Source of the DNA: an uncultured Smithella sp.
GTDB taxonomy: Bacteria > Desulfobacterota > Syntrophia > Syntrophales > Smithellaceae
Length of the DNA: 64,000 nt
NCBI GenBank assembly: GCA_964394715.1
Contig: CAYMYR010000004.1
Location: 7,007 to 71,006 of the forward strand
Direction: 5' to 3'
Under the pieces are notes generated by a model. The model ran no database searches and was not told the origin of the DNA. It was given only the letters and a program-made list of their open reading frames with translations. The position numbers and the translations under genes are program-made. Shown in pieces: positions 8,705 to 16,926 of this stretch. Every line of letters begins with the position of its first letter. Positions within the stretch are counted from its first letter, which is position 1.

Positions 8705-10399
8705 ATGAGTGCTCAGGATAAAATATTTTTGGAACCAGGGAAATTTTTTCAGGATGATGTCTTGAAAGAAACCAGAAAAGTATATACGGGAATGCTTCTG
8801 GCCAGCAAAAATCTTTCTCTTTATCCATCAGGGCACAGCATTCCCGACAAATCAATAAAACAATTTCACTATACACTCGAAGCTTATCTTCAAAAATACG
8901 GATACTTACGATTTGAGATTGAAAGAAACCGGATTGTTTCACTGGAGGAAGAAATTTCTGCAGGGCCTCATGAAGAAGGGACGCTGCCCTTCACGCTCTT
9001 CCGTGATGGAATCAGATGGATCGAGTTCAATCAGGGAATCGAACTGGAAGAAATTAAAAATTTTTTAACCATCGTAAATCAACACATGATATTGTCCGCC
9101 GAACCGGAAGGTGATATCGTGACGAATATCTGGGAAGCGCAATTTCCACATATTCAATACGATGTTGCGGATTTTTTTGTTAATGTGGACGGGGAGATGA
9201 AAGACAGTATCTCCTCTTTCAAGGCAGAGTCTGATTCGACAGAACCGAAAGAAGAGAATCTGGGAGAGGTACATTATGCCCGGCAACCGGAAATTGATCC
9301 GGCGCAGCTGATTCTAAACCCACAGGAACAGGAACAGCTCCAGGAGATGATCCGCTTTGAGGAAGAAGCCGATTTTTCATCATATGTGAATGCCCTGCTT
9401 GACATTCTTCTCCTGTATCGTGATGAAGAAAGTTTTCGAACCATTTTGGAGGTTTTGTCCGAAGAATTCACCGGGACCCTTGCCCGGCAGGAATTTGATA
9501 TATCTCTTAAAATTGTCTGGGGACTGCGTAAGATTGTCGAACAATATAAAAAGCAGATGCCCTGGGCAGTCCCCATTGCTGAAAGCTTTTTTCAGAAAGC
9601 TTCCGATGTTGATTCCCTGTCGCCTATTTTGCAGACATGGAACCATATCAATGCGGAACAAACAGATATCCTTGAACAGATTTTCAAATATCTTGACCCG
9701 AAAGCCATTCATACACTGGCCCTTCTGCTTGCCGAAGGAGTGACTCAAAGACAAAGACAGATTCTGTCCGATGCCATCATCGCCCTGGCCGGTAAGAATA
9801 TTCAGCCGCTTGAAGATTTGTTGAATGCTTCAGATGACAAGCTTGCGGAAAGCCTGATTCCCATTATCGTTCATCTGGATAAAGAAAAATCCCTGCACTG
9901 TCTGATGAAGCTATTGCGAAAGGATTCGTCGCTTATTCGTGAAAAGGCAATCCGGGCGATCATGGATCGTGGCCTTGTCCCGGTTAGTGAGGTTTTTGAG
10001 TGGATTGATGATCGCGATGAGGTCGTCCGCCGTCTTGTGATGAGGCAACTGGGGAAAAAACGTGACAGGGCAATAGAAGACCTGTTCCTGACGTATCTCA
10101 AAAACAAAACTTTTCAAAAAGATCAGGCAGATCATGTGATGGTTTGTTTCAAAACACTGGGACGCTGCGGTTCTTTACATGCTATCCCTTATCTTCGTGA
10201 GACACTGCTTCAGAGGAAATGGATGCCGGGATTCTGGAGGGCACTGTATCGAAGAGGTGCAGTCGTTGCGCTTGAAGCGTTAGCAATACCCGAATCTGAA
10301 CAACTCCTCGATAAGGCGCGTCGTTCAATGCACCCCAGCCTGCGCGGCGTTTTCAAAGATATCAGCAGGGAAAATCAGAAAAACAAAGGAGGCCGGTAA
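8705..10399 (+). CDS. HEAT/armadillo-like repeat protein with an N-terminal module shared with the downstream HD-GYP protein
   Basis: 564 aa. The C-terminal ~220 aa show HEAT-like helical repeats (..LIREKAIRAIMDRG.., ..DEVVRRLVMRQLGK.., ..AIPYLRETL..). The stop lies 2 nt before the next start. Confidence 0.55.
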   Translation: MSAQDKIFLEPGKFFQDDVLKETRKVYTGMLLASKNLSLYPSGHSIPDKSIKQFHYTLEAYLQKYGYLRFEIERNRIVSLEEEISAGPHEEGTLPFTLFRDGIRWIEFNQGIELEEIKNFLTIVNQHMILSAEPEGDIVTNIWEAQFPHIQYDVADFFVNVDGEMKDSISSFKAESDSTEPKEENLGEVHYARQPEIDPAQLILNPQEQEQLQEMIRFEEEADFSSYVNALLDILLLYRDEESFRTILEVLSEEFTGTLARQEFDISLKIVWGLRKIVEQYKKQMPWAVPIAESFFQKASDVDSLSPILQTWNHINAEQTDILEQIFKYLDPKAIHTLALLLAEGVTQRQRQILSDAIIALAGKNIQPLEDLLNASDDKLAESLIPIIVHLDKEKSLHCLMKLLRKDSSLIREKAIRAIMDRGLVPVSEVFEWIDDRDEVVRRLVMRQLGKKRDRAIEDLFLTYLKNKTFQKDQADHVMVCFKTLGRCGSLHAIPYLRETLLQRKWMPGFWRALYRRGAVVALEALAIPESEQLLDKARRSMHPSLRGVFKDISRENQKNKGGR

Positions 10400-10401
10400 C
10401 C

Positions 10402-11844
10402 ATGTCTGATAAGCAATCCTCATTGACTCGTGCCGGCCAGGAATTCATGAAGTCCCTGTATCGCCTGATTAATACCGCTCGAATCTATCGGGACAATAAC
10501 CAGTTGATCAGAAAGGGAGTCGGGGAATTAAAGGGAGTTATCGATACCCTGGCGGGAAGAGACGATATTAGTGTTCATCTGTGGCGTGGAAGGTTTCATA
10601 TCCGTGGAGAAAGGCTTCAATATCGCAGGGACCTGGCTAGTATTATCAACGGCATGGTGGCCTATTTTACTCAAAGAAACATCGGACAGGTCATATTTTT
10701 TAATGAGTCTAGAAATGTATCGGTCGAAGACTTTGTGGCGATGATACGTTTGCTGAATGATTCAGTAATGTCTGATGATCCGCCTGCCTGGCTTGAAGAA
10801 AAAATGCTGGAGCATGGGTTTTCATGGCTTCAGGTGATCCGGAAACAGGATGAAGAATTGGCGGATAAGGCAGCGAGCCCGGAAGAGGAGCGCTATGAGA
10901 AAGCCCGCAGCACATATATTCATGCGGTGGATACCGTACGGGAAGTAGCTCAAAAAGCATGCAAGGGAATCGTGGGTGTTCGAAAGACAAGACGCCTGGC
11001 TCAAAACATCGTCGATCTGGTCAAGGAAGACAATTCTTTAATGCTCGGTCTGGCATCCATAAAAGATTACGATGATTATACTTACACGCATTCGGTCAAT
11101 GTTGCCCTGCTGGCGACATGCCTGGGCAGGCAGATCAACATGTCCGATGTCTCGCTTGAGTATCTATCCGTCTGCGGGCTTTTACACGATTTGGGGAAAG
11201 TGGGTGTTTCGAAGGATGTCCTTCATAAGCAGGGTGAACTCAGTGTCGGGGAGTGGGATGAAATGAAGGCACATCCCCTGATCGGTGTCCGGAAAATTCT
11301 CAGATTGAATGCACCTCATAAATTGCGATCGAGGATTATTCTTGGTCCTTTTGAGCATCATCTGAATCCTGATATGAGCGGTTATCCAAGGACGATCTTC
11401 ATGGACAAACTGAGTCTTATCGGGAAAATTCTTCGTATTGCCGATGTCTACGAAGCTCTGACCGCACAGAGGGCTTATCGTGCCAGAGCTTACGCGCCGG
11501 ACGAAGCCTTGAGAAAAATGTGGAGCGAAAGAGGGCAGAAATTTGACCCGATTTTATTGAAGAACTTTATTCAAATGATGGGGATTTATCCTGTCGGTTC
11601 CATGGTGGAGTTAAATGATGGTCACTTTGCCCTGGTGATGGACTATCCTGAAGAGTCCCGGAATGACCTGCCGCTCGTATTGCTTCTTGTGGACGACGGC
11701 AAGGGTAATCTGATTCGGGGTGACATGGTTTATCTGGCGGACCAGGTCACGAAGGAGGGGTCCCTTCCCTTGAATATTGTTCGCGGTGTTGAGCCCACGC
11801 GCTTTGGAATTCAGGCTGCTGAGTTTTTTCTTCATGAAAAGTGA
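10402..11844 (+). CDS. HD-GYP domain protein (putative c-di-GMP phosphodiesterase)
   Basis: 480 aa. HD motif CGLLHDLGKVG and GYP motif HHLNPDMSGYPR, preceded by an uncharacterised N-terminal domain of about 200 aa. Confidence 0.8.
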   Translation: MSDKQSSLTRAGQEFMKSLYRLINTARIYRDNNQLIRKGVGELKGVIDTLAGRDDISVHLWRGRFHIRGERLQYRRDLASIINGMVAYFTQRNIGQVIFFNESRNVSVEDFVAMIRLLNDSVMSDDPPAWLEEKMLEHGFSWLQVIRKQDEELADKAASPEEERYEKARSTYIHAVDTVREVAQKACKGIVGVRKTRRLAQNIVDLVKEDNSLMLGLASIKDYDDYTYTHSVNVALLATCLGRQINMSDVSLEYLSVCGLLHDLGKVGVSKDVLHKQGELSVGEWDEMKAHPLIGVRKILRLNAPHKLRSRIILGPFEHHLNPDMSGYPRTIFMDKLSLIGKILRIADVYEALTAQRAYRARAYAPDEALRKMWSERGQKFDPILLKNFIQMMGIYPVGSMVELNDGHFALVMDYPEESRNDLPLVLLLVDDGKGNLIRGDMVYLADQVTKEGSLPLNIVRGVEPTRFGIQAAEFFLHEK

Positions 11845-12110
11845 ACTTGTCAGAATTTTCAACGAACCTATTTCTAAAACCATGGAATCAGACAGGATCT
11901 GAGACTGGTCTGGAAATATTCCGCCAATCGTAAGGATTCAAAACGACTGCTCATTTTGACATAATGATACGGTTGTTTTTGCAATGGGGTGATTCAGTTA
12001 AAAAACGGTGGCGACTTTTTTTAAAAAAAGATAAAGGTTTTTCCATGATTTTGAAGAAATCGTTCCAGAGGCAATATAAAATAATCGTGTTAATCTGAAA
12101 GGAGTCAGAA

Positions 12111-13826
12111 ATGAATTATTTATTACAGCCGAAAAAGTATCAGAGTCTCATGGCCGACGAAGGCTCAAAAGCCATCATGAACAAGACCATTGCCTTTTTT
12201 GAGAAGATGGGCAAAACAAGACTTCTCGACGACTATAACAAGAAGGTCTGGTACCGTGAGTTTGTCGATTTCATTGGCAAAGAACAGATCTTTGCGAAGC
12301 TTCTTACTCCCAGCCAATATGGGGGTGGTGATCCGGATTGCCGTTGGGACACGGCCCGCAACAGTGAATATAGCGAACTGCTGGCTTTCTACGGCCTGGG
12401 TTACTGGTATTGTTTCCAGGTGACCATTCTGGGATTGGGACCCATATGGATGAGCCCCAATGAGAAGGCCAAGAAAAAGGCTGCCGATTTGCTTAAAAAA
12501 GGAGCGATCTTTGCTTTCGGTCTGTCCGAAAGAACCCATGGTGCTGATATTTACTCTACGGAGACCAGCCTGACACCCAAGGGTGACGGCACCTGGGTAG
12601 CCAACGGAGAAAAATACTACATCGGCAATGGCAACGAAGCCGAGATGGTTTCCACGCTTGGCAAGATCAAGGACGGAACGGACGACTACACTTTCTTTGT
12701 TACCAACTACCTCAACAAGGCATATGAGCTAAAGAAAAACGTCATCTCCCACCAGGAGTATGTATCCAATTTTGCCCTGCATGATTACCCGATCACCGAA
12801 GATGATATTCTCTCCCGGGGGCCCCATGCGTGGGATTCCGCCCTGAACACTGTAAATGTCGGCAAGTTCAACATCGGACCGGCATCCATAGGTATCGCAG
12901 AGCACTGCTTCTATGAGGCCATTACGCATGCGTCCAACCGTGTACTCTATGGCATGAAAGTGACGGACATGCCTCATGTGCGCAAAAACTTCATGGATGC
13001 CTGGCTCAGACTGCTGGGGATGAAAATGTATCAACGACGCGCAACGGACTACTTCCGGGGTGCGAGTGAAAATGACCGCCGCTACCTGCTGTATAACCCA
13101 ACAAGCAAGATGAAGGTAACCCTGCAGTCTGAAGATGTGGTCAATCTGCTCTGGGAAGTGATTGCTGCCAAGGGTTTCGAGAAGGACACCATTTTTCACA
13201 TGGCGGCTGCCGATGTGCGCGGACCGTCCAAGCTTGAGGGTACGGTACACGTAAACGTGCAGCTTATTCGCAAGTTCATCAAGAACTATTTCTTTAGCCC
13301 GGCGGAGTATGTCCCTACGGCGCCGGACTTCGCGCTCAAGGATGACTTGTTCCTGTTTAATCAGGGGCCAACCAAGGGATTGGGCAAGGTTCAGTTCCAC
13401 GACTACAAGCCTGTTTTCGAGGCCAACAAAGGGCTGCCGAATGTGGCCGCCTTTATTCAGCAGATCGAAATCTTCAAGGAGATGCTGGAGAAGGCCGGAC
13501 CGGACAATATACAGGAGATGGATCCCACCTTTTCGCTGCCGGTAGGTGAGATGTTCTCTATCGTGGTTTACGGCCAGCTCATCCTTGAGCAGGCCAAGTT
13601 TGACGGACTTGATCCGGATATCCTCAACCAGATTTTCGATTTCATGGTGCGGGACTTTGCTCACTTTGCCCTGCAGATATACGGAAACCATACGACCAAG
13701 GACGAGCAACGCGCCTACTGCACGAAGATTATGCTCATTAAGGCAGTTCCTAATCCCGAGCAGTACAATAAGGTCTGGGAAAAGTTTGTTACCGTTTTAA
13801 ATGGCGAATACGCGATGAATGAATAA
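12111..13826 (+). CDS. Large acyl-CoA dehydrogenase family protein
   Basis: 571 aa. ACAD-like motifs GLSERTHGADIY (compare TEPxxGSD) and C-terminal LEGTVHVN (compare YEGT). SD AAGGAG lies upstream of the ATG. Confidence 0.75.
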   Translation: MNYLLQPKKYQSLMADEGSKAIMNKTIAFFEKMGKTRLLDDYNKKVWYREFVDFIGKEQIFAKLLTPSQYGGGDPDCRWDTARNSEYSELLAFYGLGYWYCFQVTILGLGPIWMSPNEKAKKKAADLLKKGAIFAFGLSERTHGADIYSTETSLTPKGDGTWVANGEKYYIGNGNEAEMVSTLGKIKDGTDDYTFFVTNYLNKAYELKKNVISHQEYVSNFALHDYPITEDDILSRGPHAWDSALNTVNVGKFNIGPASIGIAEHCFYEAITHASNRVLYGMKVTDMPHVRKNFMDAWLRLLGMKMYQRRATDYFRGASENDRRYLLYNPTSKMKVTLQSEDVVNLLWEVIAAKGFEKDTIFHMAAADVRGPSKLEGTVHVNVQLIRKFIKNYFFSPAEYVPTAPDFALKDDLFLFNQGPTKGLGKVQFHDYKPVFEANKGLPNVAAFIQQIEIFKEMLEKAGPDNIQEMDPTFSLPVGEMFSIVVYGQLILEQAKFDGLDPDILNQIFDFMVRDFAHFALQIYGNHTTKDEQRAYCTKIMLIKAVPNPEQYNKVWEKFVTVLNGEYAMNE

Positions 13827-13881
13827 ACCCAAGGGTATTCGGATGCCGAAATTGAGCGTCTGAAAGCTGTTTTTTTAAAAA

Positions 13882-13916
13882 ATGGGGAGAACCTGAAAAT
13901 TCTTCCCATTTTTTTA
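13882..13916 (+). terminator. Intrinsic terminator after the ACAD gene (A-tract upstream, T-tract downstream, possibly bidirectional)
   Basis: ATGGGGAGAA/TTCTTCCCAT stem (10 bp, one mismatch), 8-nt loop, then TTTTTTT. Confidence 0.55.
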
Positions 13917-14141
13917 TCTTTTCTCTTACCCCATGCGTTTGTTGAGCGAAATTATGGCAGCAGACATGCCGTTATGTTACAAGGTTTATGGTGATTATTT
14001 TTAAGGGATAAATTATGCAAAATATTGATGGTGTTATTCTTAAGGTGGAAATATGAGCACAAAACCACACTCACAAGAAAATAGCTTTGGTGCTGTTTAC
14101 TTGAACCTTTTCTGAATCTGATAACGCCTTTAAAAGACTGA

Positions 14142-14315
14142 TCAGTGCTTCAGGCGGCTGATGAGTTCTGCCATAAACACTTCACGTTCCTGCAGCTCTT
14201 TGCGGAATTCCTTGCGGTCCGTATTGGCAATTTCATGCTTAAGATCAGGCAGATACCTCTCCAGAATCGTCAAGAGCTCGCCTTCTTCTTTTTCCGACAG
14301 ATGAAGTTTATCCAT
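14142..14315 (-). CDS. Small helical protein, 57 aa (not in the ORF track, below cutoff)
   Basis: My manual translation: MDKLHLSEKEEGELLTILERYLPDLKHEIANTDRKEFRKELQEREVFMAELISRLKH*. Strong SD GAAAGGAG lies 7 nt upstream of the ATG. It runs antisense to the implausible 77-aa plus-strand ORF at 14145-14378. Confidence 0.5.
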   Translation of the reverse strand: MDKLHLSEKEEGELLTILERYLPDLKHEIANTDRKEFRKELQEREVFMAELISRLKH

Positions 14316-14803
14316 ATTATGTCTCCTTTCATTCTCTTATGGCTGTTACCTTTGTTTATGCACAAACTAATGAAATAACATATCTTAAGCGATTGCTTTC
14401 TTTACGGAACAATCAAAAGCCAGGAATGATTGGATGTGCTGTGGTCATAAACATCACAAATGAGAGGAAAGTGTAAAATCAGCATAATTTAACGCAGATT
14501 ATCATGACGAATTTATCAGATGTGTGTTTGAATGTCAGAAATCGAAGGCAGGTATTTCAGAAAATTACGACGTGCAGAGGCCGAAATTGAACACAAGTTT
14601 CCAGGCCAATTTTAAAATAATGAAATTCTCCCCCTTTCCCGTTAAACAGTTCCAAATTATTTGTTCTTAAATTAATCGTTTCTACAAGCCAATATACAAA
14701 TATCTTTGGTTATATTTTCATCATTTCATTAGAAATTGTCAAGATGATAATAGAAATAGCCAAAAACAATTATGATCCGGTTCGCTTACATTATTTTTGC
14801 GGT

Positions 14804-15211
14804 TTATTTTTTCATTTTTCTTTTTGCCGTAGTCTTTCCGGCGCTTTTTCGGACAGCGGGCTTTTTCACGGCAAAGAAGGAAGCGATGTGTTTGCCCTCT
14901 TCTTCACCCACGGGTTCTTTGCCTGTTGTAATCTGCGCCGACTGGTTGTCTGCCGACCAGTTGAACATGACAGGCTTTTCATTGCGCAGCATATCAGTGA
15001 AAGAAAAAAGATCGGAGCGGTGAAAACTCAGAAAAACCGTACCGTTAAGACCCTGCCTGGGGCCGGGCAGGGGACCGGTTCTGTCCACGAAGGCCGCCAT
15101 GCAAAGAAGTTTGTTCTGTCCATCATACAAATAAAGGAAAGCGGCATTTTCTGTATTCATGGCCCGAAATTCATACTGATAATTGATTACTTCAGCGCTG
15201 ACATTCGGCAT
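14804..15211 (-). CDS. Hypothetical protein, 135 aa, with a Lys/Ala-rich basic C-terminal tail
   Basis: Start placed at MPNVSAEV because of the SD GGAG 9 nt upstream. The ORF-track start at 15271 is 20 codons further up with no SD. The tail reads AVKKPAVRKSAGKTTAKRKMKK. I recognise no family. Confidence 0.5.
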   Translation of the reverse strand: MPNVSAEVINYQYEFRAMNTENAAFLYLYDGQNKLLCMAAFVDRTGPLPGPRQGLNGTVFLSFHRSDLFSFTDMLRNEKPVMFNWSADNQSAQITTGKEPVGEEEGKHIASFFAVKKPAVRKSAGKTTAKRKMKK

Positions 15212-15530
15212 AAAAGTGATCTCCTTTTTCAAAATTACAATGAAAAAATCACCAATTATTTCATCTAACATTTTCTCGATTTTGATTTATTGCTGTCATG
15301 TATCAGATATATTACAATAAATTTGAGCAGGATTCAAGTGATGTGGAACCTGGTTTGATATCTTTATAAGCATGGTTTAATAACTGTCCCAAGGGTGTTT
15401 TTTGAGAACTTGGCCCGCATCAGGGGACTTTACTCTTAACCGATATCCCGTACGAGATAAAGTCGTTGCCTGTCTGCTCCGGGTATGGTAGCTTCACGCC
15501 AACTTATTCGGATTAAATATCGGTACTCCC

Positions 15531-16835
15531 ATGACAAAATATCATTATGAGGATTATCTTTCCAGTCTGAACATTGATGTCATGCGCTTCGGTCTGGATG
15601 CGATGAAAGGACTTCTGGCGAAGTTCGGCAATCCTCAGGATGACTACCCGACGATCCTTGTGGCAGGGACCAACGGCAAGGGCTCTACTGCCGCGATGAT
15701 CACATCTATTATAAAGCAGTCAGGCCGCAGAGTGGGGCTTTATACGTCACCCCATCTTGTGGATGTTCGTGAACGGATTGTCATAAACGGGGCAAAAATC
15801 CCGGTTCGGATATTGGATCACATTGTTCGTGAGATCAAGAACCATGTGGCGGGACAAATCACCTACTTTGAAGTATTGACCGCCGCCGCGTTAATATATT
15901 TTCAGCGGGCACATGTTGATATCGCGGTGATGGAAGTGGGCCTTGGTGGCAGACTTGACGCGACAAATGTGTGCCGTCCGATTGTCTCGGTTATTACCAA
16001 TATCGGACTGGAGCACATGGCCTATCTGGGCCGGACGCTGACGGCGATTGCCGGAGAAAAGGCCGGAATCATCAAACCGGCGGGTATCTGTATTACCGGA
16101 GCGTCGCAGCAGAGGGTTGTGCAGACGTTGACAGCAACCTGCCGTCAGAATCAAGCCGTTTTATATCGGCTGGGCATGGATTTTAAGATGTTCAGAAGGA
16201 AGAACGGTTTGGCCGACTATCATGGAATGACGAAGAGATTAAACGGTTTGGTCGTTCCGCTCAGGGGTGGGTATCAATTGTCCAATGCTGCATTGGCGTT
16301 GGCTGCAGTTGAAATCATTGGGAAAAAGGGATTTGTGACGGATTCTGAGGCTATATATTCCGGATTGAAAAAAACGCACTGGGAAGCCAGGATGGAAATC
16401 CTTTCCGAGCGGCCTTTTTTCCTGCTCGATGGTGCGCATAATCCTTCCGGGGTCAGCGCTTTGCAGAGTGCGCTTAAGAAGGATTTTTCCTGGCGACGTT
16501 TGATCCTGATTTTTGCCGCGTTGGCGGATAAAGATTATCTTGCCATGCTGAAAAAAATTGCGCCGCTTGCCGCAATAACGATTTTACCGCCTTTGCAGAC
16601 CAACCGCGCCGTTAAGGCGCGGGAGTTGGCCCGGGTGATGAAAGGTCTGGGCTGCCGGGCGGTTGTTTCGGAGAGTGTCGGGCAAGCGATTCTGAAGGCA
16701 ATGAAGATGGCCTCTGACTCAGACATGATCTGTGCCCTGGGATCATTTTATCTTGCGGGAGAGGTAAAACAGGTATTTCATCAAATGCGTTCTTGTGATA
16801 AGCAGCACGGCGATGCGGGATCAGGTAGGATCTAG
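15531..16835 (+). CDS. folC: Bifunctional folylpolyglutamate synthase/dihydrofolate synthase
   Basis: Mur-ligase-type P-loop GTNGKGST and FolC-typical HLVDVRERI and LDGAHNP motifs. 434 aa. Confidence 0.9.
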   Translation: MTKYHYEDYLSSLNIDVMRFGLDAMKGLLAKFGNPQDDYPTILVAGTNGKGSTAAMITSIIKQSGRRVGLYTSPHLVDVRERIVINGAKIPVRILDHIVREIKNHVAGQITYFEVLTAAALIYFQRAHVDIAVMEVGLGGRLDATNVCRPIVSVITNIGLEHMAYLGRTLTAIAGEKAGIIKPAGICITGASQQRVVQTLTATCRQNQAVLYRLGMDFKMFRRKNGLADYHGMTKRLNGLVVPLRGGYQLSNAALALAAVEIIGKKGFVTDSEAIYSGLKKTHWEARMEILSERPFFLLDGAHNPSGVSALQSALKKDFSWRRLILIFAALADKDYLAMLKKIAPLAAITILPPLQTNRAVKARELARVMKGLGCRAVVSESVGQAILKAMKMASDSDMICALGSFYLAGEVKQVFHQMRSCDKQHGDAGSGRI

Positions 16836-16926
16836 CATTGAACCACCTGGAAGGGAAGTCCTGCTAATCATGTCGATAGTGGATGAATGCTGTTTTGCTT
16901 CTATTGTAAATGGATGAAGAAGGTTA

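Noticed and set aside
12729-13709. 326-aa minus-strand ORF antisense to the acyl-CoA dehydrogenase gene
   Set aside because: It is fully embedded in a plus-strand gene with clear family motifs. Its product is Arg/His/Leu-rich with no recognisable motif and no SD. This is a typical shadow ORF.
14744-15268. 174-aa plus-strand ORF overlapping the 135-aa minus-strand gene
   Set aside because: It has no SD, and its product is Phe/Cys/His-rich and implausible. The minus-strand frame has a strong GGAG SD and a protein-like composition. The choice still needs conservation data.
15293-15310. CTGTCAT-GTAT-CAGATAT, a partial Pho-box-like direct repeat between the 135-aa gene and folC
   Set aside because: The second half-site matches only 4 of 7 positions. 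CTGTCAT also occurs by chance inside coding regions (for example near 7689). There is no support for PhoB control.
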